Shown here: positions 15,794-23,967 of the stretch, piece by piece
Layout of the letters: each line of letters opens with the position of its first letter
How positions within the stretch are numbered: the first letter of the stretch is position 1
Notes under the pieces: model-generated
Database searches by the model: none
What the model saw: the letters and a program-made list of their open reading frames with translations, nothing else
Told to the model about the DNA's origin: nothing
Translations under genes and position numbers: made by a program
NCBI GenBank assembly: GCA_964385945.1
Contig: CAYLQJ010000002.1
Location: 1 to 44,603 of the forward strand
Length of the DNA stretch: 44,603 bases
Reading direction: 5' to 3'
Source of the DNA: an uncultured Candidatus Saccharibacteria bacterium
GTDB taxonomy: Bacteria; Patescibacteriota; Minisyncoccia; Phycocordibacterales; UBA9973

Positions 15794-17887
15794 TTAGATA
15801 TCAATCTCAGCGAGTTTGGCATTACTTTGAATGAATGATTTTCTTGGAGGGACTTCAGAACCCATCAATATATCAAATACTTTATTGGCTTCTTCAGCGT
15901 TAGCTATGTCTACTCTTTTCAAGACTCTCTTCTTTGGATCCATAGTAGTCTCCCAGAGTTCTTCAGGATTCATTTCTCCGAGACCTTTATATCTTTGGAT
16001 GTGGAATTTAGTAGATTTTGCTTTAGTTACTTCTTCACTCTCTTCCCCTTCTTCTTCAATAGTTTGAACTTCTTCATTTTGAATCTCAGAAATATCAACC
16101 TCTTTACCTATGATTTTATTTCTCTCTTCATCAGTATAAGCGTAATGAATCTCTTTACCTCTCTTGATTTTATAAAGTGGTGGTTGAGCGATATATACAT
16201 ACCCCGCTTCTAGAACTGGTCTAAAATATCTATAGAATAAAGTTAGGAGCAATGTACGGATGTGTGATCCGTCGACGTCAGCATCCGTCGCGATTATGAT
16301 TTTGTGATAACGAATTTTTTCAAGATCAAAAGTATCTCCGATAGAAGTTCCCATAGCTATAACTAGGGCACGGACTTCTTTAGAAGCGAGCATCTTATCA
16401 ATACGAGCACGTTCGACGTTCAATATCTTTCCACGGAGTGGGAGAATAGCTTGAGTACGTCTATCACGGCCTTGCTTGCCAGACCCACCCGCAGAATCTC
16501 CCTCCACTATGAATATCTCAGATTCTTCGGCGCTCTTACTCTGGCAGTCAGCAAGCTTACCAGGGAGAGTCATACCTTCAAGCGCACCTTTACGTAATAC
16601 GGAATCTTTCGCGGCTTTGGCTGCTTTACGAGCTTTAAGAGCTAGGATCGATTTGTTGATTATTATCTTTGCTTCATCAGGATTCTCTTCTAAGAAACTA
16701 GCGAAAGCTTCTCCAAAAACAGTAGCTGTGGCTCCTTGAGCTTCCATACTACCAAGTTTAGCTTTAGTTTGACCTTCGAATTGTATTTCACGAAGTTTGA
16801 CTGAAACCACAGCCGTCAAACCTTCGAGGACGTCTTCCCCGGTGAATCCTCCTTCTGCCTCCTTCATCATTTCATTCTTTTTACAATAAGTGTTCAGCGT
16901 ACGAGTGAGTGCAGTTTTAAAACCTGTGATATGAGTACCACCTTGAGGTGTGTGAATGTTGTTAGCAAATCCTACGATACGATCTACGATATCATCTACG
17001 TATTGCAAAGCTATTTCAACTCCCACGCCATCGATTTCTTTTTCAATATAGAAAATATTATTTTGAATTGCTTTTTGGAATTTGTTGTAATATTTAACAA
17101 GAGAGATAAGTCCTCCTTCGAAATAATAACTAATAGAAGGTACTTCGAGACCTAATTCTCTAAAATAATAAACATCCTCAAGATTTAATTTAGAACCTTT
17201 AGAATATACTAGAGTCTCAGCATCCATCTCTCTCGCATCAATCACAGAGATTTTTAATCCCCTGACGAGGTAAGCTTGTTGGCGAATATGGTTTATCACA
17301 GTACTCCAATCAAAAACAATTTTCCCGAAGATTTCTTCGTCTGGAGTAAAAGTAATTATTGTTCCGTGAAGTTTAGAAGTTCCAATTTTCTTTACTGCTC
17401 CCTTTTTCTTTCCTTGAGAATATTCTTGCATGTGCTTGCCTCCGTCTCGGTGAACTTCAGCACGACAGAAAATAGAAAGAGCGTTCACGACGGACGCTCC
17501 CACTCCGTGAAGACCTCCAGAAACTTTATATCCACTTCCGTCCCCACCGAATTTTCCTCCCGCATGCAGAGTAGTCATGACTGTTTCTAATGCAGAAACT
17601 TTAGTCTTGCTGTGAAGATCCACTGGGATTCCACGACCGTTATCCACGACGCGAATAGTATTCCCTGGTAGTAAAGTTATCTCAATATCATCACAAAAAC
17701 CTCCCATAGCTTCATCGCGTGAGTTGTCGAAAATTTCCCAAATAAGGTGATGAAGACCGTCTGGACCTGTTGTACCGATATACATTCCGGGACGCTTACG
17801 AACCGGCTCTAGACCCTCTAAGACGGATATCTGATCCGCTCCATAGCTACCCTCTTTTGATTTTTTAGTTTCTTTTTCCTTTGCCAT
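15794..17887 (-). CDS. gyrB: DNA gyrase subunit B
   Basis: GHKL ATPase motifs (LHHLIWEIFDNSRDEA, DNGRGIPV, GGLHGVGASVVNALS), Toprim (EIFIVEGDSAGGS, IIIATDADVDGSHI) and the C-terminal tail QRYKGLGEMNPEELWETTM. Confidence 0.97.
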   Translation of the reverse strand: MAKEKETKKSKEGSYGADQISVLEGLEPVRKRPGMYIGTTGPDGLHHLIWEIFDNSRDEAMGGFCDDIEITLLPGNTIRVVDNGRGIPVDLHSKTKVSALETVMTTLHAGGKFGGDGSGYKVSGGLHGVGASVVNALSIFCRAEVHRDGGKHMQEYSQGKKKGAVKKIGTSKLHGTIITFTPDEEIFGKIVFDWSTVINHIRQQAYLVRGLKISVIDAREMDAETLVYSKGSKLNLEDVYYFRELGLEVPSISYYFEGGLISLVKYYNKFQKAIQNNIFYIEKEIDGVGVEIALQYVDDIVDRIVGFANNIHTPQGGTHITGFKTALTRTLNTYCKKNEMMKEAEGGFTGEDVLEGLTAVVSVKLREIQFEGQTKAKLGSMEAQGATATVFGEAFASFLEENPDEAKIIINKSILALKARKAAKAAKDSVLRKGALEGMTLPGKLADCQSKSAEESEIFIVEGDSAGGSGKQGRDRRTQAILPLRGKILNVERARIDKMLASKEVRALVIAMGTSIGDTFDLEKIRYHKIIIATDADVDGSHIRTLLLTLFYRYFRPVLEAGYVYIAQPPLYKIKRGKEIHYAYTDEERNKIIGKEVDISEIQNEEVQTIEEEGEESEEVTKAKSTKFHIQRYKGLGEMNPEELWETTMDPKKRVLKRVDIANAEEANKVFDILMGSEVPPRKSFIQSNAKLAEIDI

Positions 17888-17909
17888 ATTGGTTTATTAT
17901 AGCAAAAAT

Positions 17910-19742
17910 TTATCTAACCTGCCAATCAGGGTTTTCCTTTATTTTATTAGTTATAATATCCATAATGCTATTTACTTCTAGGTCTGTTAGGGTCTTTTCA
18001 TAAGACTGAAACACAACACGAAAACCATAGGAAGTTCTACCCTCTTTAGTAAATGAATCAAACATAACAGGACCTTTCACACAAAGCTCTGTTGTATTCT
18101 CTTTAATTAAATTCTCTAAGTTCTGACTACCTTCTGTCTCAGGAACCCAGACGGCGATATCGCGAGTGATGAATGGAAACAAACTCCACATCTCAAAAGC
18201 TTCACCTGTATGCTTTTTATGATGGTCTGGTTGAGGCGAAGACGACCCGAGGATCTCAGAAAAAGTATCAGGTGAAGCTTTTGTTGAGAACTCTTTAATA
18301 AAATCACTTAGGGTCATCTCTGTAATATTTTTACGATCTCCAAAAGCTACATGCAGAACTTCAGCATTATCTTTAAAAACTTTTCCAATTTCAAAAACTT
18401 TAACTTCTTTAATATTTAAAAGTGGTAAATTGTTTTGATTTAATTTTACGCTTTCTTTTAATCCGTCTGTGATATTTGTACGTAAGAATTTTTTATCTGA
18501 CGCACTAGCTAGGACTTCTACTTCTCCAGTAGAAGCAAAAGAATAAGTCATAACTTCGGAATACCCTAATCCAAGCAAGATAGATCGAGCTACCAAAGAA
18601 TTAGAATACACTTCATTCTTTTTAGGTACGAATGCTAACTTTGGAATTTTAGGATTCAATTTATCATAACCAAGAATTCTACCTACTTCTTCAGCCATAT
18701 CTTCTTCTAGATTTAAATCAAGACGCATTGGCGGAACTATGATCGCATAGATAGAATCTTTTATAGTAAATTCAAAATGATATCTTTCTAATATATTTTG
18801 CATCTGTACCGGAGTCACTGTAATACCTAAAATATTTGAAATACGGTTAAGATCAAAAGATAATTTTCTACCTTCTGTTTGGATCTTGTAAACGTCCACC
18901 ACATCTTCAAAATTAGAAAAACCATATTCCATCAAAAGCCCGGAGAGTTCCATCATGGCTAAATCCCCTAAAGATGGAGATAAATCATTCTCAAATCTTT
19001 TCGCCGAATCAGTAAAAATCCCGATTCTGCGAGCGGTCTTGCGGACAGCAACTGGATCAAAGTTCGCTATCTCAAGTAAAATATTCTTAGTATTATTATC
19101 CACCTCAGCCACCTTGCCACCCTTCACTCCCGCAATAGCTAAAACATTGCTATCGTCAGCTATAACTACGTCTGTACTCTCTAATTTTACTTGCTTATTG
19201 TCGAGCGTAGTCATCTCTTCTCCAGGGAGAGCATAACGCACTACGATAGAACCAGTTATTTTATCGAAATCAAAAGCATGAGCGGGTTGACCAAGATTAT
19301 ACATGACTAAATTTGTCGCATCTACGATATTGTTTATACTTCTAGCCCCAATAGATTCTAGATGATTTGTCACCCATCCTGGGCTAGGAGCAACTTTTAT
19401 ATCACGCACAATACATCCCATATAACGACGAACGTTTGGAGCAGTTATTTCTATTTTTAAATTTGTATTTTTAGGTTCAGGTTTCTTATATTTCTCTAAA
19501 GAATGAACGAAAGGGATAGAGAGCAATGAGGCAAGTTCTGAAGCGATACCCATATGAGAAAGTAAATCATGAGCCCGATTCGGTAAAATATTTATATCAA
19601 AAATATAATCTTTATTCTCGCCTTCTCCGATCTCTTCTACTCCTTCAACTTCACAAAGATGATAAGTAAAAACATCCTCCAAGGTTTTATGACTCGGCGC
19701 TTCAGGTATGTACCATTTTAACCAGTTATAAGATATTTTCAT
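17910..19742 (-). CDS. pheT: Phenylalanyl-tRNA synthetase beta subunit, short form (610 aa; the OB-fold tRNA-binding B2 domain appears absent)
   Basis: Typical N-terminus MKISYNWLKWYIP. B3/4 and B5 regions present, and an FDX-ACB-like C-terminus (SYGFRVVFQSYEKTLTDLEVN). Lies directly downstream of pheS. Confidence 0.9.
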   Translation of the reverse strand: MKISYNWLKWYIPEAPSHKTLEDVFTYHLCEVEGVEEIGEGENKDYIFDINILPNRAHDLLSHMGIASELASLLSIPFVHSLEKYKKPEPKNTNLKIEITAPNVRRYMGCIVRDIKVAPSPGWVTNHLESIGARSINNIVDATNLVMYNLGQPAHAFDFDKITGSIVVRYALPGEEMTTLDNKQVKLESTDVVIADDSNVLAIAGVKGGKVAEVDNNTKNILLEIANFDPVAVRKTARRIGIFTDSAKRFENDLSPSLGDLAMMELSGLLMEYGFSNFEDVVDVYKIQTEGRKLSFDLNRISNILGITVTPVQMQNILERYHFEFTIKDSIYAIIVPPMRLDLNLEEDMAEEVGRILGYDKLNPKIPKLAFVPKKNEVYSNSLVARSILLGLGYSEVMTYSFASTGEVEVLASASDKKFLRTNITDGLKESVKLNQNNLPLLNIKEVKVFEIGKVFKDNAEVLHVAFGDRKNITEMTLSDFIKEFSTKASPDTFSEILGSSSPQPDHHKKHTGEAFEMWSLFPFITRDIAVWVPETEGSQNLENLIKENTTELCVKGPVMFDSFTKEGRTSYGFRVVFQSYEKTLTDLEVNSIMDIITNKIKENPDWQVR

Positions 19743-19746
19743 AAAT

Positions 19747-20463
19747 TTAAAATTGATTCAATCTTAGATCTCCTTGATAAAATAATCTCACGTCTGGTAC
19801 GTTCCATTTAATCATAGCAATACGATCGAGTCCGCCACCGAATGCAAAACCTTGAACCTTTTTTGGATCTAAACCTAGATTCTTTATGACATTCGGATGA
19901 AGCATTCCTCCGCCCATCATCTCGAGCCAGCGTCCGCGGAATTTAGCATGCACTTCTATAGAAGGTTCAGTGAAAGGAAAAAAGCTTGGACGGAATTCTA
20001 TTTCGATATCGTCCCCTAGTATTTTTTTATAAAAATAAGTTAATACGCCTTTCAAATCTGACATGGATATATTCTCTCCTACCATGGCTCCGTCTATTTG
20101 ATAAAATTGCATTTCGTGAGTAGCGTCGGTCGCTTCATTTCTGAAAACTTTACCGATAGATATAAAAGCATTCGGTATACGACCCTCTTTACCCGCCTCT
20201 TCTAACGAGCGAGCTGTAGTACTGGTATTGTGAGTACGTAGGACTTTCTGGACTTCATTTTTAATATAAAAAGTATCTTGCATATCACGAGCTGGATGAT
20301 CTTTGGATACATTAAGGGCATCAAAGTTATACCACTCGGATTCAAGCTCAGGTCCATTAGCCACCTCAAAACCAAGATCCATAAAGACTTTGTAAGCTTC
20401 ATTTGCAAGCTTTGACAAAGGGTGCTCTGTGCCTGTTATAGTTAAATCTTTTGCTTCTTCCAT
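19747..20463 (-). CDS. pheS: Phenylalanyl-tRNA synthetase alpha subunit, catalytic core only (238 aa; N-terminal coiled coil missing)
   Basis: Starts just before the ..GTEHPL.. motif. Class II motifs FRNEATDATHEMQFYQIDG and GFAFGGGLDRIAM. Only 53 nt of non-coding sequence lie upstream. Confidence 0.9.
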   Translation of the reverse strand: MEEAKDLTITGTEHPLSKLANEAYKVFMDLGFEVANGPELESEWYNFDALNVSKDHPARDMQDTFYIKNEVQKVLRTHNTSTTARSLEEAGKEGRIPNAFISIGKVFRNEATDATHEMQFYQIDGAMVGENISMSDLKGVLTYFYKKILGDDIEIEFRPSFFPFTEPSIEVHAKFRGRWLEMMGGGMLHPNVIKNLGLDPKKVQGFAFGGGLDRIAMIKWNVPDVRLFYQGDLRLNQF

Positions 20464-20469
20464 AGGGAT

Positions 20470-20478
20470 ATTCTAGCA
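20470..20478 (-). promoter_or_regulatory. Extended -10 box of pheS (leaderless geometry)
   Basis: The minus strand reads TGcTAGAAT, then 6 nt (atccct), then ATG 20463. Confidence 0.35.
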
Positions 20479-20516
20479 AATCCTAAAGAGAGATGCGAGC
20501 GTAGAATTTTGCTCTT

Positions 20517-21536
20517 TTATCTCTTGTAATTTTTCTTAAACTGATTTTTGTGCTTTTGTTTATCTTTACCTACTAAGAATTGATTGATTTTCTTGGGGAA
20601 TTTATCGCAAATATGACAAATCTTACTGCAATATCCTGAGAGTTTAGTCTGGCAATTTTGGCAACAAATAAATAAAACGTGACAAGAAGTGTTCTTGCAA
20701 TGAGTATAGTCGTCGGACTTCACTCTCTCACAAGCCTGACAAGTAGATATAATCTCGTCCCCTATTCTCTCGCCCATACGTTCGTCAAAGACGAAATTCT
20801 TGCCTTTAAATTTATTCTGCAAACCTTTCTCTTTAACTTGATGAGCATAATCAATAATCCCACCTTTGATATGTTTAACATTATTGAAACCATTATGCTT
20901 CATCCAAGCCGAAGCTTTTTCGCAACGAATACCTCCAGTACAATATAGTAAAACTTCTTCGTCTTTTTTATTCTTGAACATATCAGTCACTTTTTGTAAT
21001 TGCTCGCGAAAAGTATCTACGTTCATTAATTTCGCATTTTCAAAATGCCCGATAGCGGCTTCGTAAATATTGCGCATGTCTATCACTGTGACTCCGCGTT
21101 CTATCATATCATTCACGTCTTCAGCTGCAGCGTATGCTCCAGTATTCGCAGGATCAAAAGAAGAATCATCGAGTCCGTCGGCTACTATCTTTGGGCGAAC
21201 TTTTACAATAAGTTTCAAGAAACTAGACTTCCCCTTTTCTTCTACTGCCGTCTTGTAAGGTACGCCAGAGAATTCGGGAGTATTTTGAATAAAATTATCA
21301 AATTTTTCCCAATTATATTCTGGTACATTCATCTGCGCATTTATACCTTCATGCGCTACATAAATACGCCCTAAACATTTTAGTTCTTCGAATTTATCAA
21401 ATAAAAAATCTCTCATCTCACGTGGATTCTCTATTTTAACGTATTTATAAAAAGATAAAGTCTTACGAGCAAAATCCTCATTTTCAATATCTCGCAAAAG
21501 TTCTTCTTTGGATTTGGTATTAACTTTCTTATGCAT
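20517..21536 (-). CDS. trhO: Rhodanese-domain protein of the UPF0176/TrhO (tRNA U34 hydroxylase) family
   Basis: GRIYVAHEGINAQMNVP and the rhodanese active-site loop LLYCTGGIRCEKAS, plus a Cys-rich C-terminus. ATG 21536 is preferred because a TTGCAA-17-TATATT promoter lies inside the longer ORF-track version. Confidence 0.8.
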   Translation of the reverse strand: MHKKVNTKSKEELLRDIENEDFARKTLSFYKYVKIENPREMRDFLFDKFEELKCLGRIYVAHEGINAQMNVPEYNWEKFDNFIQNTPEFSGVPYKTAVEEKGKSSFLKLIVKVRPKIVADGLDDSSFDPANTGAYAAAEDVNDMIERGVTVIDMRNIYEAAIGHFENAKLMNVDTFREQLQKVTDMFKNKKDEEVLLYCTGGIRCEKASAWMKHNGFNNVKHIKGGIIDYAHQVKEKGLQNKFKGKNFVFDERMGERIGDEIISTCQACERVKSDDYTHCKNTSCHVLFICCQNCQTKLSGYCSKICHICDKFPKKINQFLVGKDKQKHKNQFKKNYKR

Positions 21537-21555
21537 AAAATTTTTTAATATATAA

Positions 21556-21584
21556 AATATACTCTCAAAAAAGCATTTTTGCAA
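21556..21584 (-). promoter_or_regulatory. Sigma70-like promoter of trhO
   Basis: Minus strand: TTGCAA (21584-21579), 17 nt, TATATT (21561-21556). Confidence 0.45.
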
Positions 21585-21594
21585 GAAATAATTT

Positions 21595-22113
21595 TTATAA
21601 ATTTTGTAAAAGTAAATCACTATAAGAAACAGAAATATAATCTTCTTTTTTGATAGCTAATTTTTCAATATAAGTTTGACATTGCTCCTCTAATTTTTCT
21701 TTACCAATTGTTCCATCACTATCAATTGCCTCAATTTCCACAAAAGTACCCAAATCTTTTACTGTATCAATATGAAATTTTACATTTTCAATAAAATATA
21801 TTTCTCTAATCTTGTCCACCACAGTAAGTATTCCATTCGCGTTTATTAACACATCTTTTAGATTTGATTGCGGATTAGATTCATATAGTAAAACTTTCGA
21901 TTGTTTTGGTGTTAATGAATTTTCTCTTTCATAATAAACCAAAAAGTTTTCTATATTCCCCTCACGAAGCTTTAGGCGACCATTCGCTACTTTGAAATAA
22001 GTGTCGATTTGATGGTCTGTTCCTTTGAAATCAGCCGCTAATTTAAGTAAGGTATTCCTAATAAGATTATGATCATCACATTTTGCTTTTATCTCTATAT
22101 TTAAATGTTTCAT
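21595..22113 (-). CDS. CYTH-domain protein (class IV adenylate cyclase / triphosphatase family)
   Basis: Size (172 aa) and N-terminal strand HLNIEIKAK (ExExK-like, first Glu replaced by Asn). Alternating beta-strand pattern with conserved acidic/basic residues (RLKLRE, FVEIEA). Confidence 0.6.
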   Translation of the reverse strand: MKHLNIEIKAKCDDHNLIRNTLLKLAADFKGTDHQIDTYFKVANGRLKLREGNIENFLVYYERENSLTPKQSKVLLYESNPQSNLKDVLINANGILTVVDKIREIYFIENVKFHIDTVKDLGTFVEIEAIDSDGTIGKEKLEEQCQTYIEKLAIKKEDYISVSYSDLLLQNL

Positions 22114-22119
22114 GAATGT

Positions 22120-22147
22120 ATTTTATCAGTTTATTAAATTACTGCAA
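22120..22147 (-). promoter_or_regulatory. Sigma70-like promoter of the CYTH gene (leaderless geometry)
   Basis: Minus strand: TTGCAG (22147-22142), 16 nt, TAAAAT (22125-22120), 6 nt, ATG 22113. Confidence 0.4.
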
Positions 22148-22154
22148 ACTAATA

Positions 22155-22179
22155 ACTCTTGAGGCCTTGCCTAAAGAGT
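22155..22179. repeat. REP-like hairpin, copy 1 (overlaps the transposase stop codon)
   Basis: ACTCTTGAGGC-ctt-GCCTAAAGAGT: 11-bp stem with one G/A mismatch. Confidence 0.8.
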
Positions 22180-22833
22180 TTTATCGTAATTAATCCAGTC
22201 AAAAATTTCAGTATTAAAAGCTTTCTTAGTTGGGAAATAGTTTGGAAAATTTTCTAAATTTAATATCTTTTTCTCAGTTCTGTCTATTTCTAAAAAATCA
22301 ACATAACTAGAATATAAATAATTAGAAAGATAATCTAAAGATTGTTTTTTGTTTTTTATACCCCTTTCTTTCCAATCTTTTTGTATCAACTTAACAGGAT
22401 TTAAATGAATATAAGAAAATATATATTTTAAATATTTATCATTCTTTATATATTGAGCTTTAAATTTACCTTCGAATAAACTACCAGTTCTTTTATATTT
22501 AAGATTAAAATACATAACATAAGCAGTAGAAAGTTTTTGCATAAATCGACTAACCCCATTTTCTACAAGAGGTGTTATTAAAATGTGAAAATGATTTGGC
22601 ATTAGACAATATGAACCGACAGCAACTAACGGACTTTGATTTGATCTGTTATAAACAGAAACACCTTTTAAAGAGTCAGAAAAATTAAATTTATCTTCAT
22701 TATTTAAAGCATACAATAAATCTCTAAACCTTAAATAATCATTTTTATCTAAAAATATTTCTTGCTTACTATTTCCTCTGTTGTACAGATGATAAAACTC
22801 TCCAATTTCAAATTTTATATTTCTAATAGACAT
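22171..22833 (-). CDS. REP-associated tyrosine transposase (IS200/IS605-like Y1 HUH family)
   Basis: HUH motif in CLMPNHFHILITP. Catalytic-Tyr region YIFSYIHLNPVK. Size 220 aa. Confidence 0.8.
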   Translation of the reverse strand: MSIRNIKFEIGEFYHLYNRGNSKQEIFLDKNDYLRFRDLLYALNNEDKFNFSDSLKGVSVYNRSNQSPLVAVGSYCLMPNHFHILITPLVENGVSRFMQKLSTAYVMYFNLKYKRTGSLFEGKFKAQYIKNDKYLKYIFSYIHLNPVKLIQKDWKERGIKNKKQSLDYLSNYLYSSYVDFLEIDRTEKKILNLENFPNYFPTKKAFNTEIFDWINYDKTL

Positions 22834-22855
22834 AATTATATTATATACCCAACTT

Positions 22856-22880
22856 ACTCTTGAGGCAAGGCCTAAAGAGT
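22856..22880. repeat. REP-like hairpin, copy 2 (upstream of the transposase)
   Basis: ACTCTTGAGGC-aag-GCCTAAAGAGT: same arms and same mismatch as copy 1, but the loop is reverse-complemented. Confidence 0.8.
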
Positions 22881-22918
22881 AATATTATTCAAAGTCAAAA
22901 TCCCCTTTTGCAAGAAAT

Positions 22919-22957
22919 TAAAAAAAGTCTGAATTGTAAATAAATACAATCCAGACT
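22919..22957 (-). terminator. Intrinsic terminator of the 22973-23884 gene
   Basis: 13-bp stem 22926-22938 / 22945-22957. The single A-C mismatch on the plus strand becomes U-G on the minus-strand RNA, which is followed by UUUUUUU. Confidence 0.7.
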
Positions 22958-22972
22958 TAAATTTGATTAAAA

Positions 22973-23884
22973 TTAATTGGTTTTTAATTTTAAAATTTTT
23001 AAAGAAATTATCCTATAAGATAAAACTCCTATAATTCCCCCAGCAAACATACCAACGAGAACAGAGTCATAACTGTAGCCGACAATTCCCCCTATTAAAC
23101 AATTAATCCCAACTAACAATCTTATATCAGAATGAATTAAGATGAATAAATTTTTGAAAAAATTTATTACTATCCAAAAGTAAGGTGTTGTATTCTTTGC
23201 TAAAAACTTTAAAAATAAAAATATATAGCAAGAAGTCATGACAATAGAAATCAAAGGCAATAATAGATAAAAAATAAAGAGTTTGCTTTCTTTTTTATCA
23301 ATTAAATTAACTATTCTATTCAAACGCCAGAAATTAAATATTTTTTTATCATTAACATCATCTTGGTACGGAAAATAAAAATTCATAGCTACAAGCAAAG
23401 AAATAATTTCTGAGAATATGCCGCAGACTAAAAGAAAAGCAAATAAAAATATTGATATTTTAACAAAAAATGAAAAACTAAAAAAAACTACCCCAACATA
23501 AAGAATCCCAATTAAATTTAAAATAATTCTTAAAATCAAAATCAAATTGGGAAGTTTCAGATTTGCTTTTGATTGTTTCCAAGCTTTTGGTATAGCTTCT
23601 TTTACTTTTTGGTAATCGTAGGTTAGATAACCTGCAAATCCTCCTATTAAAATTCCAACCCACCATAGTAAGCCAAAATTAATAGATAACAATGTACCAA
23701 TACCTGCTCCAATAAAACAAGATAAAAAAATCATTACAGAATTACTAGTTCTCATGTTTATTAAATTTTCAAAGATTAATAAATATATATTCAAAGTCAT
23801 TAAAACACAGATCAGGGCTTTTTGCAATAAATTGACTAACATCATAGAACAAGTTAGACTGAACAAAGTTATTAGTTTTTTCAA
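22973..23884 (-). CDS. Hypothetical polytopic membrane protein with glycine-zipper-like segments
   Basis: Many hydrophobic helices. GAGIGTLLS...GILIGGFAGY near the N-terminus and LIGGIVGY...GMFAGGIIGVLSY near the C-terminus. The ORF-track start 23884 is a TTG and the true start is uncertain. Confidence 0.5.
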   Translation of the reverse strand: MKKLITLFSLTCSMMLVNLLQKALICVLMTLNIYLLIFENLINMRTSNSVMIFLSCFIGAGIGTLLSINFGLLWWVGILIGGFAGYLTYDYQKVKEAIPKAWKQSKANLKLPNLILILRIILNLIGILYVGVVFFSFSFFVKISIFLFAFLLVCGIFSEIISLLVAMNFYFPYQDDVNDKKIFNFWRLNRIVNLIDKKESKLFIFYLLLPLISIVMTSCYIFLFLKFLAKNTTPYFWIVINFFKNLFILIHSDIRLLVGINCLIGGIVGYSYDSVLVGMFAGGIIGVLSYRIISLKILKLKTN

Positions 23885-23967
23885 AAGAGAAAATCCTAAA
23901 ACTAATCTCTTTTAAGAAAAGAGAAAAAGTTCTTTGAGGTTTGGTATTTTCAAAAGTGATATTGTAT

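Larger units (their letters stand above)
22155..22880 (-). mobile_element. REPtron-like unit: RayT/TnpA(REP)-type HUH Y1 transposase gene flanked by two REP-like hairpins
   Basis: Hairpins at 22155-22179 and 22856-22880 bracket the transposase ORF. See the individual features. Confidence 0.6.

Noticed and set aside
15831-17590. Several 70-100-aa plus-strand ORFs inside gyrB. Similar shadow ORFs occur inside rnr, smc, nusB, thrS, pheT, pheS, trhO, ligA, pilT, pilB and the helicase.
   Set aside because: All are embedded antisense or out of frame in strongly supported conserved genes. None has recognisable motifs.
23907-23923. Hairpin CTCTTTT-aag-AAAAGAG upstream of the membrane-protein gene
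   Set aside because: It is a perfect 7-bp AT-rich stem, but no adjacent U-tract lies on either strand and it has no second copy. The evidence is insufficient for a terminator or regulatory call.
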